Assembly: GCA_951406725.2 (NCBI GenBank)
Contig: OX597829.1
Coordinates: forward strand, 31,744,001-31,808,000
Direction: 5' to 3'
Origin: Octopus vulgaris
Lineage: Eukaryota
Length of the DNA stretch: 64,000 nt
Of the stretch, positions 25,001-39,396 are shown piece after piece. Below the pieces are notes generated by a model. That model was not told the DNA's origin. It ran no database searches and saw only the letters and a program-made list of their open reading frames with translations. Numbering within the stretch: the stretch's first letter is position 1; each line of letters opens with the position of its first letter. Made by a program: the position numbers and the translations under genes.

Positions 25001-28000
25001 GCCCGGGGTACTTTTGATCAAGTATCAAAAGACATGACACCCATCGAGCAGAAACCGTCATCATGCCGAGCTCATTGTGTAGAATATTCTCAAATCTCTC
25101 GGAATATGCTAATAGCATTGGCTATTTGATTTATAGTCAATCATCTTCCATCCATCATCATGTGGTGAACACGATCAGTGGTGGTAGTTGCAGGACCCCC
25201 TCCTAAATTCAGCTCCCCACTTTTGCAATGTTGATAAACCTGCACTGTCATCCCTAATGTAGGAACCTCATTAGCATGAATGTCCTTGGGGCTAAACCTT
25301 TTTCTTGCCAATGCTTGATAACACCACAATGCCAAAATTTGTTCATTTTCAAGAGAAGTCGGTACTAATTACTTTTGAAGACTTCTTTGAACAATCAGAT
25401 GTCAGTTTACCTGGAGAGAAACAATGCAGAGTTGAAATCAATGCGTGCAAGATTTCACAGATATAGTCAGGTTATGGACATTTTAGCCCACCCTTGTATG
25501 TGTGTGTATATATGTTATATATAAGTGTGTGTGTGTAGACAGACAGACAAATACAAGCTTCTTCAAGTTTCCATCTACCAAATCCACTTACAAGGCTTTG
25601 GTTGGCTCAGAGCTATAGTAGAAGACATTTGCCCAAGGTACTGCTACACAGTGGGATTGAAACCAAGTCCTTGAGGTTGGGAAGCAAACTTCTTAACCAC
25701 ACATCTTTGCCTGCTCTTTAGAAAAAAAAAGTAGTATATGCATTTATGAGTTATTTTATATATTTTGTAATTAATTTGTTCCCATGTTAATTGTTGGTTT
25801 TTAATTATATTCTCCAGGTTTACCAGCTAGTATGATATTTATTGGTTTAACACAGTTTGCTGTCAACAAAGGTAAGTTTGTTTTATCTTTCTTTCTTAAG
25901 TGGCAATAGGTTCTTTGATAAAAAAAAAAAAAGGAGCAGGGAAGGCTCCCCAGCTGGTTCTTTGTTATTGTTTAGCTCTACATCAGGTCAGTCCTGATCA
26001 AGTAGACATGATTGATTAGTAGATGCTCCAAACATGCCCCTTCCTAACTTATATTTTATGACTACATTATCTTATGTGTTTCTTACTCTTTTTAAAAGCC
26101 GGCTGTGACTGGAAAAAAAATATGACTGTTACCTCTAATAGGTTAGATAGATTTCATATAGAGGCACTCTTATTGCTCATCTCACAGTTTGTTACTCTTC
26201 CTAATATTAAACAGTGTGTTCTGCTAGTTTTTTCAGTCAATCCATTGCTTGACTTAACATCACCACATGGCACCTTGCATACCTTTCACTAAGTCTACTT
26301 TTAAAGCAAATATTCTTGCCATGTTTCTGGCCTAAGAACAGCTTTTCCTTTCTCTACTTCCAACACTCTTAGAAGCACTGATTCAGGGTCATGCACACCA
26401 CACCTTCCTCATCTAATTTTAAAAGTATCTCTTCATTAACAAATATAACATAGAGCACTACAAGTGAACATCTTGCTAGACAAATATTAAATAGGGTAAC
26501 AGGATTATCATAAAGTAATGTGTATTTGATCCAGTTAAAGGCCTACTATCAATGTTTTGGGGTGGTAGGACTTTATCTAAACTACTTGTTTGGGATTTGG
26601 ATGCCTTTAGCAGGGTCCACTTTGTTACAAGCATTCAAACCAGGTTGCCTGTTTAAGGGTACCTTCCTCCCTTTGTCTTTCCCATCACTCTTGGAGACAC
26701 TAAATAAGTTGTGGGTGTTGCATGTGTGTATTACTGTCTACTTGCCTTGACTTTGTATGAGTGTCACCATCATACAGTCTTCCATAAAAACATGCCTGGT
26801 TATGGGGACGGGAATCACTTAGTTGAAAACAGGTGAGGGCTGGTAACAAAAAAGGATATTAAGTTGTAGAAAATTCACCTTAACAAATTCCATCCAACTC
26901 ATGCAAGTATGGAAAAGTGGACATTAAAATAATGATGATGGTATCTCATTCATGATACTAAAGTTGTATGGTCAATAAGACCAGTGTTTTTTATCCTTTT
27001 ACGCTTGTATTTCCTCCTCACCCACCTCCTTTATCAATTGACTGTCCTGATTTTCTTTCAAATATGATAAGAAAAAATAGTCATATGATAAATATTGATT
27101 TCAAATTTTGGTACAAGACCAACAAGTTTGGGAAAGGAGGTAAGTTGATTACATTGTCCCCGCTACTTCACCAGCACTTATTTTATCAACCCCAAATGGA
27201 TGAAAGGCAAAGTTTACCTTGGCAGAATTTGAATTCAGAAAGAGTGGCTGTGTGGTAAATAGCTTGCTTACCAACCACATGGTTCCAGGTTCAGTCACAC
27301 TGTGTAGCACCTTGGGCAAGTGTCTTCTACTATAGCCTCAGGCCGACCAAAGCCTTGTGAGTGGATTTGGTAGATGGAAACTGAAAGAAGCCCATCATAT
27401 ATATGTATGTGTGTGTTTGTGTTTGTCCCCCCAGCATCACTTGACAACCAATGCTGTTGTGTTTATGTCCCCGTAGCTTAGCAATTTGGCAAAAGAGACC
27501 GATAGAATAAGTACTAGGCTTACAAAGAATAAATCCTGTGGTTGATTTGCTCGACTAAAGGCAGTGCTCCAACATGGCCACAGTCAAATGACTGAAACAA
27601 GTAAGAGTAAAAACTGACTGAACGTAGCTAAGCATTTCACCTGGCATGCTAATGATTCTTCCAGCTCGCCGTCTTAACATGTTCTTTTAAATATATTGAA
27701 TAAACTGCGTATTGTAGGGTAATTAGAAATTGTGGATTTAAATACATTTATATATATGTTTTTTTTTTTGTCTGAAGCCCAAGGACTCCTAGGGCCAGTT
27801 ACTTGGTTTCTATGGTATATAAGTGACCAAGATCACAACATTCCTCCAAAACATGTTGCCAGTCTGTTGCAAGGTATGAAGGCTAGTAATTTTGATGGGT
27901 GGGTGGGCAAGTCGATTACTTGGTCAGTACTTTATTTTATCAACCTTGTAGGGGTAAAAGACAAAGTTGACCTTGGCAACATTTGAACTCAAAACATAAA

Positions 28001-31000
28001 GAGCTGGAAGAAACTTTGCTAACAGTTCTACCAACTCACTGCTTTACACTTACATAACAAATGTACTTACGATTACCCAAAATACAAGCTGGCACTCTGC
28101 CAGTTACGACAACAAGGGTTCCAGTTGATCCAATCAACAGAACAGTCTGCTCTTGAAATTAACATGGAAGTGGCTGAGCACTGATAGATACACATACCCA
28201 TAACATAGTTCTCAGAGAGATTCAGCATCGCACAGAATGTAACAAGGCTGGCCCTTTGAAATACGTGGTACTACTCTATTTTGCCAGCTGAGTGGATTAT
28301 GGCAATAGGGAATAAAGTATTTAGTTCAAGGACATAACATGCCACTGGGAATCAAGCTCACAACCTTACAGTTGTGAGCCAAATACCCTAACCACTAAGC
28401 CATGCTCCTTCAGTCACAAAATATTGATGTTGCATTTAGTGACATCTATATTTTGATCATAGACTCTAACTAATAATGCTAACTTATGACAATCAGAAAT
28501 GTTGAATGAATGAAGCATTGGTTTTTAGAATAACCTATATTCACTGAAATGTATGTAATTTAGGCTTCACTGATTATATTTTGTTGTATGATTGTAAATT
28601 CAACTCCTTTATAAACTCTAAACTAGAACCCAAAGTTTTTTAAAAAATTGAATATAGGTTAAAATTCTTATTGGAATATTTGATGATAAAATTATCATGT
28701 GGATTATTAATTAAGTTTGAACTAAATGGAGAAAAAATTCCATCCATCCATTTATTTTCTATGCCCACTATTCCTAAAAGGGTTATGAAGATAGAGTCCT
28801 CATGCACCTTCTCCAAAAGGTCTTACCAGAAGCAACCATCATTACATTTACCAGCTGGCTTCCCAAGTCTAATCAAAACTATGGATATTTATTATTCAAC
28901 TGTCTCATTCTTGGTCTACCCATAGGTCACCTGTTGATTGTCTTGGCTTCAAAATTCTAATCACCTCTGTAGTACCAGGGCTGTGACCTCTCAAAGTAGA
29001 GAAGAAGTGGCTCAACTTAGAGAAGTACCCTGAGTTAAGCATCCTATTGAGTAACATTTGTCCAGAGATCCTTCAGAGGAACTCCATTTCAACTGCTTTT
29101 GTTCAGTGGCTGTAAATTAGGGCATGACTTTGAAGGTGTATGTTGATGGTCAAAGAAGTTATTAAAAACATCATTTACAATAATTATGTTTTATATAAGA
29201 GGCATAGCTGTATCGTTAAGAAGTTTATTTCTCAAACATTTGCTCTCAGGTTCAATCCCACTGTATGGCACCTTGTGAGTGGATTTAGTTGACGGAAGCT
29301 GAAAGCAGTCCATCAGATAATACACATGTATATGTGTGTTTGTATCTCCTTGTCTTGACATTGCGGGATAGTTGTAAACAAACGTCAATGTTATACTATG
29401 AATATTCTTTCCAATCTTTTGTGAAAGCATGCCCAGCCATAGGGTTAAAATACTTCACATAGAAGTAAGTGAGAGTTGGTGGAAAGAAAATCATTCTGCT
29501 GTAGAAAATTTAACTCAACAAATTTCATCTGATCCATATGAGCATGGAAAAGTGGTCGTTAAAATAACAACGATGCTGCCATATCTCCACTGTTCTGCCC
29601 AAGTTGATGTTTTGAGAAAATTTAATATCAATACATTTCTCTTTGAGCATAATTTGTACCAAACAATTACGACATCCTTTTCAAATAAGCTGAAGCATTC
29701 ATATGGATAGAATAATACATAGCATGAAGAAAAAATTTTATCGACTTATACATCTACACGTTTTACGTATTTCAAAACTGCAGACGTATAGCTGTTCAAT
29801 CATGGTCCCATTTTAATTTAACAAGTAGTTTCTCTGTCGTTTTTGTTTTACTTTTTTTTAAACAAAACAAATAAAGCTGAAAATAAGGTAAGGAAGAGGG
29901 CAATGTGAAGCAAAATGCTTTGCTCAAAGATACAATGTACCACCTAGTCCGCATATGACGTTAAGACCATGTCTCCCATCCTCAAATGTTAGGCTACACA
30001 TGCTTGTGAAAACATTTTAAGAGTTTTCTTTTAGCAGAGGGTTTTGTAAGGTTTGTGCAGATATTGCAAAACCAAGTTATATACTAACTTAGCTGTTAGT
30101 AATACATGAACAGAAAGCTTCAGCAAATAAATTGTATGCTCTTATATGTTTGAATTGGTAATATTTTAGTTTATGAAAAGGTGGTGAGCTGGCAGAATCA
30201 TTAGCATGCTCTTTTACTCTCTTACTTGTTTCAGTCATTTGACTGTGGCCATGCTGGAGCACTGCTTTTAGTTGAGCAAATCGACCCCAGGACTTATTCT
30301 TTGGAAGCCTTGTACTTATTCTATCAGTCTCTTTTGCCGAACCACTAAGTTACAGGGACATAAATACACCAGCATCGGTTGTCAAGCGATGTTGGGGAGA
30401 CAAACACAGACACACAAACGTATACACACACACATACATATATAAGACAGGCTTCTTTCAGTTTCTGTCTACCAAATCCTCTCACAAGGCTTTGGTTGGC
30501 TCGAGGCTGTAGTAGAAGACACTTGCCCAAGGTACCATGCAGCGGGACTGAACCCGGAACCATGTGGTTCGTAAGCAAGCAACTTACCACACAGCCACTC
30601 CTACATCTATGCTGGGCAAGGTGTTTAACATCATTTTGTCCACCTTTACATTCTGAGTTCAAATTGCACCTCAGTTGACTTTGTCTTTCATCTTTATGGG
30701 GGTCAATTAAATAAGTACCAGTAGAGTACTGTGGTCAATGTAATTGACTTATCCTAAATTTGCTGGCCTTGTGCTAAAATTTGAAACTAATATTTACTTT
30801 ATGATGAGAGAAAAATCAATCCATCTTCATCAACATTTTACTTTCTACTTTTCTTTGCTTGCATAGGTCAAATGGAATTTGTTGATTCAGATTTTCTATG
30901 GCCAGATGTGCCTTTTTTCTTATCAACCCTCACTTGTTTCTAAGCAAGGTAAAAATCCTTTAGTCTATTAGATAACAAACAGCTTCACTGAAGAAATGAC

Positions 31001-34000
31001 AAAACACCAGGATGTCTAGCAATGTAGGCACTTCACTTAATCAATCCTCTCTTGACATTGCCCTCTTCCCTACCTCATCATCCCTACATATCTCTTTAAA
31101 ATACCATCAATTCATTCTCACTCTCTCCTCTAAATATGAATGGCCATGTAGCCCCTCAACAATGAATACCTGCTCTAACCCCAACCTCTTCTCTCATATC
31201 TTGACCTGCATCTTACATAAGGATTCATCCCACCTCCTCAGATTTTCTAGACTTGCACACTGCATGATAGCCTTACTGTTGCCAGTGGCACATAAAATAG
31301 CACCAAGTGGTTAATGTCAGGAAGGGCATCCATCTGTAGAAACCATGCCAAGGAAGACACTGGAGCACAATGCAGTCTTTGGACCTATCAGATCCTTGTC
31401 AAACCATCCAATCCAAGCTAGCATGAAACATGAATGTTAAATGATGATGATGCTAATATATATATATAAAGGGCAGTGAGCTAGCAGAATTGTTAGCACA
31501 GTGGGCAAAATGCTTAGCACCATTTTGTCCAACCTTACGTTCTAAGTTCAAATTCCACCAGGGTTGACATTGCCTTTCATCCTTTCAGGGTCAATAAAAT
31601 AAGTACTGGTTGCGCACTGGGGTTGATGTAATCAACTTAACCCCTCCCCAAACTTGCTGGCCTTGTGCCAAAATTTGAAACCAATACAAACACATCATGG
31701 AATCTCCTGTCATAGACTTCAGATAGAAGTTCTACAATTTCTTGTTGAACAACCTTTACATTAGCTTTCTCCCTCCAAATCAGTATTGTATATACAGGTG
31801 CCCAATGTACCACACATCAGATGTTGATGTGATCACAGTTAAACTTTTATAAAATGAAATGCTTTATTCAAGAACACAATTCACTACCCCGACCAAGAAT
31901 TGAAACCATGATCTCAAGATCCTAAACATAATGATGGTCATCATTTACTTCTGCTGCTAGTCAGCTGTTGAAGATGACAAGTCTGATCGCTCACTGGTCA
32001 AGTTTACCTGTCTACTAATAGGTACCATGAGTAGGTGCCTCTGTCAACAATATTACTTGTAGTTAATGATTCCCGTGGATCTGGAATAGGTCATTTGTAC
32101 ACTATGACCGAGAAAAGAGACAGGGTAGGTAGGACTGGAATCATTTGGGCAAATATCTGCTCAGTGAGACTTGGTCTAAGACTAAGCAGACAGCAACAAC
32201 TGTAGATATAGAACACTATGTTAGTAAATGTAGTACTCAATATGGCTAACAGAAAAGATAAAATAGCTTCATGAAATAAACAATCACAAAATGTTTTATC
32301 TTATATTTATAATATAAAATATTTTATTTTATTTATATATATATATATACGAGCAAAACACCCCCTGTCCAATGGACGGTGCTGAGTTGTCAAACATTTA
32401 AACCAAATTTTCTCAAAACAACTTGTCCGACCGTCCCATTGGCCTTCCCTTTGAGAAACACTGATTTAACCTAAATTTGAGACACCGTGCATTTTTCTTG
32501 CATACGTGTAGTATCGATTGCAACAGCTGATGTACTTGCGCATACAAATGCACGTTCCCACGACTTTATCAATCGCATTCTCACCTGGAGTTGATTTTTG
32601 TAATTTTTTCAAGACTTATACACGCCCTGATACCGTCGGTATCTACATATCAAATTTGAGCGCAATCGGATAGAGGATGCCCGAGGTCCTTGAAGACACA
32701 CACACAACAGACAGAACAGATTTTATATAATAGATATGTTATAGATATATCTATAACATATGTTATATCTATATACATATATATATACATACATATGTAT
32801 GTATATATATATATTCAAGGTGATGGCCCATCATGGCCACAGTCTAATGACTGAAACAAGTAAAAGATAAAGATATATCATATATACATAAACACACATA
32901 TCAGTGTGTGTGTGTGTATGTATGATTTGTTTTATTTAGCCAATATTTTGTTTCGTTTATATCTTAACCTATAAATAATTCTATCTTTCAGGATATCTTA
33001 AACCACATCCAAAATTTGGAGCAACTTTAAAAAATATAGGTATGTTGTTTTGTTTTGTTTTTTTTTCTTTTCTCTTTTTCTTAATACACATTTATGTTAA
33101 AAAGGCTAAACAGAACAAGGGAACAAAGTTTGAAGAATATGAAATATGGTATAAGTTTAATGCTTGTAAAGTTGAAATGCAAGCAAAGTCTGGTTTAAAA
33201 TAATAGCCTTATTTTCACTCATATAGCCTTCTTTCTGTTTCCATCTACCTAATCCCACAAGGCTTTGGACATCTACCAGAAGACACTTACCTAAGATGCC
33301 ATACAGTGGGGCTGAACCTGAAACCACGTAGTTGGGAAGTCAAATTGTCAATCACACTGCCGTGCATGAAATTAGACATGCAAAGGATGAGTTTATTAGC
33401 CTGAGAAATTTTTTAAACCAATGTTGTGGCTGTTGCCAGCCTCGTCTGGCCCCCGTGCCGGTGGCACGTAAAAAGCACCATCTGATCGTAGCCGTTTGCC
33501 AGCCTTGTCTGGCATCTGTGCAGGTGGCATGTAAAAAGCACCCACTACACTCACGGAGTGGTTGGCATTAGGAAAGGCATCAAGCTGTAGAAACACTGCT
33601 AGATCAGACTGGGCCTGGCGCAGCCTTCTGGCTTCCCAGACCCCAGTTGAACCATCCAACCCATGCTAGTATGGAAAACGGACGTTAAACGATGATGATG
33701 ATGATATTTCTCATAGGACTGAGCTGTATAAATTAAAGATAGGGTGGAAGGCAACAAACTTCTATATTTGGGACTTTTTAAACTCTATTTTTGAGAAAAT
33801 GAACCTGTACAAAGAATTATATGAATGAAAACTCTATTTTGTCTTCTCATTATTAAAGAGAAAAAGACTAAAAAATTTCTGTAGTATTTATGTGTGGGAG
33901 ATGGATCTTATTTATCAATATGAGAACTACTGTTTTGGCTGTCTTAAATTGCCTTCTTTAGCTTTATAGAAATAGCTCCATTTACTGACTTCTTGTTGCC

Positions 34001-36243
34001 AACTATCTTAATTCTCTTTCCAACCATTTTGCTGACCATTTTAATTATCTTTCATTCCAGGTGCTGGTTTAGCAGGTTATATTCTTGGCAAATTATCTTA
34101 TCAAAATGAATGTAGGAAAAAAATTTTATCTCTCCCTAACAGCAAGCTTGCTGAAACTCTTCGACAACGTTTCTCAGGAGGCAGGTAATTTTCTCTTTCC
34201 CCTTAAATAATTGCTTCATTATTTAAAATTTACTTTTCTTGATCATTTTAGTTCATTTCCCCTTTTTCCTCCTCCCCAGTAATTAAAATACAGTTCAATA
34301 TTGATCACTTGAAAGGTTGAAGGCATAGCAGTAGAAAGAGCCAAAAGCCATCACCTATAAATGTGTATGGCTTGGTAACATGTGCTAGGCTTTCACTATT
34401 TGTTTTAGGTGTGTTTAGTAGGTGGAAACCAGGATGTTAAATCAAAAGAAAAAAACAAAGCAAAGATAATCCAAGAAGACTAGTAGGGGTCCACTTCAAC
34501 AACATTTGTTTTTAACCCTTTAGCATTCAGATTATTTTGTCCAGTGCAATGCTTATTTATTCACATTGTTTTGAATTAATTGTATTATTTCATAGCCTTG
34601 AGATTTTGATAATGTGATTGCTTATTTTTGGAATGACATTGTAGAGTTGGTATGAGAGGTTAGGTCTTACCAGTTTGAATATAAAACCGATAGAATATTT
34701 GGGCTTGATATGGACGATTTAAATGATGAACAGTTAATGGCAAAAATAACTGTAAAAGTTAAGCAAATATGCTGTTGGGAGTAGAGTAATAGACATGTTA
34801 GACAAAATCCATCTTAAAGATTAAGATAAAAGGGTTTTTTTTTTTAAAAAAGTACTGAAGACGCAGGAGTGGCTGTGTGGTAAGTAGCTTGCTTACCAAC
34901 CACATGGTTCCGGGTTCAGTCCCACTGCGTGGCATCTTGGGCAAGTGTCTTCTGCTATAGCCTACCAATGTCTTGTGAGTGGATTTGGTAGACGGAAACT
35001 GAAAGAAGCCTGTGGTATATATGTATATATATATATGTTTGTGTGTCTGTGTTTGTCCCCCTAGCATTGCTTGACAACTGATGCTGGTGTGTTTACGTCC
35101 CCGTCACTTGGCGGTTCGGCAAAAGAGACCGATAGAATAAGTACTGGGCTTACAAAGAATAAGTCCCGGGATCGATTTGTTCGACTAAAGGCGGTGCTCC
35201 AGCATGGCCGCAGTCAAATGACTGAAACAAGTAAAAGAGAGAGTAAGACAAGTGTGTTTAAGCTCACTCTGTCTGAGCAACTGGAAGCAAATGATATAGA
35301 ATGCAAAACAATATGAGAGTTCATATAGAGAGAAGTAGTGGGAAACAAAACTTGATGAGAGAGGGTGGGGAAAGAGAAAGAAAAGCTGGGCAAAGGTAGG
35401 GGTTGAAAGGGAAATTAGAATAAGAGGAAAGCTAAAGGATAAAACAGGAATTACTGTATTGGGGCTGGTATTACATACAAATTTTAGTGCTACATTTAAG
35501 GTATCATCATCATCATCATCATCATTTAACGTCCGCTTTCCATGCTAGCATGGGTTGGACGGTTCAACTGGGGTCTGGGGAGCCCGAAGGCTGCATCAGG
35601 CCAGTCAGATCTGGCAGTGTTTCTACAGCTGGATGCCCTTCCTAACGCCAACCACTCCGAGAGTGTAGTGGGTGATTTCATGTGCCACCGACACAGGTGC
35701 CAGGCGAGGCTGGCGAACGGCCACGCTCGGATGGTGTTTTTTTATGTGCCATCGACACAGGTGCCAGAGGAGGCTGGCAGACGGCCACGCTCAGATGGTG
35801 TTTTTATGTGCCACCGACACAAGGTGCCAGATGAGGCTGGCGAACGGCCACGATCGGATGGTGTTTGTTATGTGCCCACAGCACGGAGGCCAGTTGATGC
35901 GGTACTGGCTACAGCCACTTTCGGATGGTTTTTTTGTGTGCCACCGGCACTGGTACCACAAAAACACAAATTCCATTGATGTTCATCTATTTTGATTTGT
36001 TTTGTATATATATTACAATGTACCTACCTCATTACATATGATATTGTTAGAAGGTGAGGAGGGGTTTGGCAGGAGGGGGGTTCCTTGTGTACTTCAAAGT
36101 AGTAAAGGTGAATGAATATAAAAAAATACAGAAGTGGGAAGACTTCAAAAAAATATGACTAAAGTAAGGGAAAGAGAATAAAAAAAAGTTGTGAATATAT
36201 GTTGCTTTTTACACTTCCTTAAGTACGTGATTCTATAATGAGC

Positions 36244-36315
<72 letters not shown>

Positions 36316-39300
36316 ATGTGTCTTATTCTCTATCTTTATTCCAATATGCCAGAAAGGGAAAGGAAAAGAAAGAGAAAAAGAAACAGTTTTATGTTATAAG
36401 TTTCACAGACATATCACCTCTATCACCACTCTCACTCTATTCACCCCTATATCTATTTTTCTATCTATCTATCTATCTTTCTTGTTTGTCCCTTACTCTG
36501 TCTCTTTCACTTTTCACCGTTTCAGAAAGATTGGTACAACTACTATTTCGACATTCTAATCTTTCTATACCACCTATATAGTTAATATAAAGCAGGGTAT
36601 TGGGATACTGTTCCTCTCTTTCTACACTGCCTATATATTTCTGTATAATAGGGTATGGTTTGAAAGAGATTTGGCAAATATTTTCCAAAATAAAGAGTTT
36701 TCCTACGAGGTTGGCAAGTAATTAATATGCGATAGGTATCACTTCCCATCAGCATTCAAAGGGAGATAAATCTGTCAAATGACTACCAAACTTCACACCC
36801 ACATTTCACAATATTCACAATACAAACACAATACTACCTCTATTCTACTGACCCCACCCCACCCAATTATCATTAAAAAGTTTTGTATACTTGATGAGTG
36901 GATTGCACAGTTGTGACTCAATCTCAATAAAATTTGTAGTTCACCTTTTTGTCTAATAGTTTAATAAACTATATCAACATGGCATAAAGTATTCTCATGC
37001 CTGATATGAGTATATACATACATATGAGTATATACATACATACACACATACATACACACACACACACAGCAATCACACATATGCACTGTGTGTGTGTATT
37101 ATTTATTTCTGTCAAATGAATTGACCTCAGTGTTTATTTTTTTTAGCCTAGTTCTTATTTTACCAGTATCTTTTGACAAAAAAAAAAAAAGGTTATAGGG
37201 ATGCAAACACACCAACACCAGTTGTCAAGTGACGATGGTGGAGGGATCAAAAACAGACACAAACATACACATACAGTAGGCTTTCAGGTTCCATCTGCCA
37301 AAACTGTTCGCAAGGTTTTAGTTGGCCTTAGGCTGTAATAGAAGACACTTGACCAAGTTGTCGTGCAGTGGGACTGAACCCAGAACTAAGTGGTTGGGAA
37401 GCAAACCACATAACCGTATGTGTATGTATGTATGGAGTGTTAGATATTGATATATATATATCGTTGTCATCATCATCATCATTTAACGTCCATTTTCCGT
37501 GCTGGCATGGGTTAGACAGTTCAACAGGATCCGATGTATCAATGGGCTGCATTGTGCTCCAATGTCTACTTTGGCATTGTTTCCACAGCTTTACACTCTT
37601 CTTAATGCCAACCACTTTACAGCATGTACTGGGTGTCTTGTCTTGTCTTTTTTTCATGCCATCAGCACTAATGAGATTGGCATGCAGCTTGCAAGACTAC
37701 AAACCCAATGAAAGAAAACTTTATGCTAGGAGACAAAGGGTTGAAGTATGTAAGAAGTGGGGTGGGGAGTGAAAACCAAATTAACCTGTCATATGATTTG
37801 CATACTGTTATAGGTGCCACTTTTTCAAGGGCTTCCAAGCTATTAATTTTGGTTCAATGGTTCTGCTCATGTTTTATTGCAGTAGTTCTTACTTCAGTTC
37901 TTACTGTATTTATTTTTTTTTTATAAACAGCTGGCTTGTTAATTAATGTTTTGCTCATACTCAAAATACTTTAACTATTAAAGTTCTGTCCTGCAGATAT
38001 TCTCACCTTTCCCCAAGTCACAATTCAACTAGTATTGTTAAGGGTAGCAGTCTTCTCTATGAGAAACAAAGTTTAGCCTCGTTTTAGAAAGAAATTCCCG
38101 TTGAAAGACTCTTTTTTTCATCATGTGTGTTATTTTTTTCTTCATAATTTTCAAGTATACTGATTATTAATACCTCAGGTGTTGAATTACAATTCACTAA
38201 TATTATTTACTTATGGTTAATTTATTATTATTATTTATTTATTAATAATCTAATTAGTAAATTAATACCTAGGAGTCAATATTCTGTAAATAGATATGGA
38301 AACACATATGTGTAACCAGCTTAACTGTATTTAGCCTACTTTGGCATGTGACAATACATAAAATATGACAATACATAAAATCACCATGATCATAATGTGT
38401 GTTTGTACTCTTTCTATCACTGCTTTGTGCACCTTCTCACAAAATTGTTCTGATCTGGCAGTCACTATTATTGACTATAATCCAATATTGACTGATTTAC
38501 AATCAAGAAAGCTTTACTTTCTGGTCAGCTTAGGCTGGTATCTTGATATCTGGTGCTGAAGAGAACTCATGAGTTCAAAATACATCCATCAGTCAATAGA
38601 GGGTGCTCTGAGCTGACTATAGTGTTTTGACAGCTTTTATCTTAAATGATAATTTTTTCTCCCCAACAAACTGCAGTAAAAATTCTTTATAAGTTCAAAT
38701 ATCTCTCAAGTTTATTTAACCCTTTAGTGTTCAGATTATTCTGTTAAATGTAATACTTTTTCACTCAGATTGTTTTGAATTAATCATGCATTATCTTATA
38801 GCTTTGAGGTTTCAATGATGTGAATGTTTATTTTTAGAATGTCACTGTAGGTTAGGTGTGAGAGGCTGGATATCGCCAGTTTGAATATAAAACATGTATA
38901 ATATATTGGGCCGGATGTGGCCGGTTTAAACACTAAAGGGTTAAACTGGTCTTAAATTTGTATTCTTTCCATTACTGTTTTAGACATCTTCTCACAGAAT
39001 TATATATAAATCTGCCAATAACTGCACAGATTGGTGTTGATGTAGCAACCATGTTGACAATATCACTAACATTGTGTACTTTGAAGAAGATTTCCAGTGT
39101 TAAAACCTTCTTGATTTTCTTCTCATCTGGCTATTTAATTCGCTTAAGAAATATATCTCTTTTATGTGTTTCAGTCATTTGACTGTGGCCATGCTGGAGC
39201 ACCGCCTTTAGTCGAGTAAATAGACCCCAGGACTTATTCTTTCTAAGCCTAGTACTTATTCTATCAGTCTCTTTTGCCAAACCGCTAAGTTACAGGGATG

Positions 39301-39363
39301 TAAACACACCAGCATCGGTTGTCAAGTGATGCTGGATGGACAAACAGAGACACAGAAACATAT

Positions 39364-39396
<33 letters not shown>

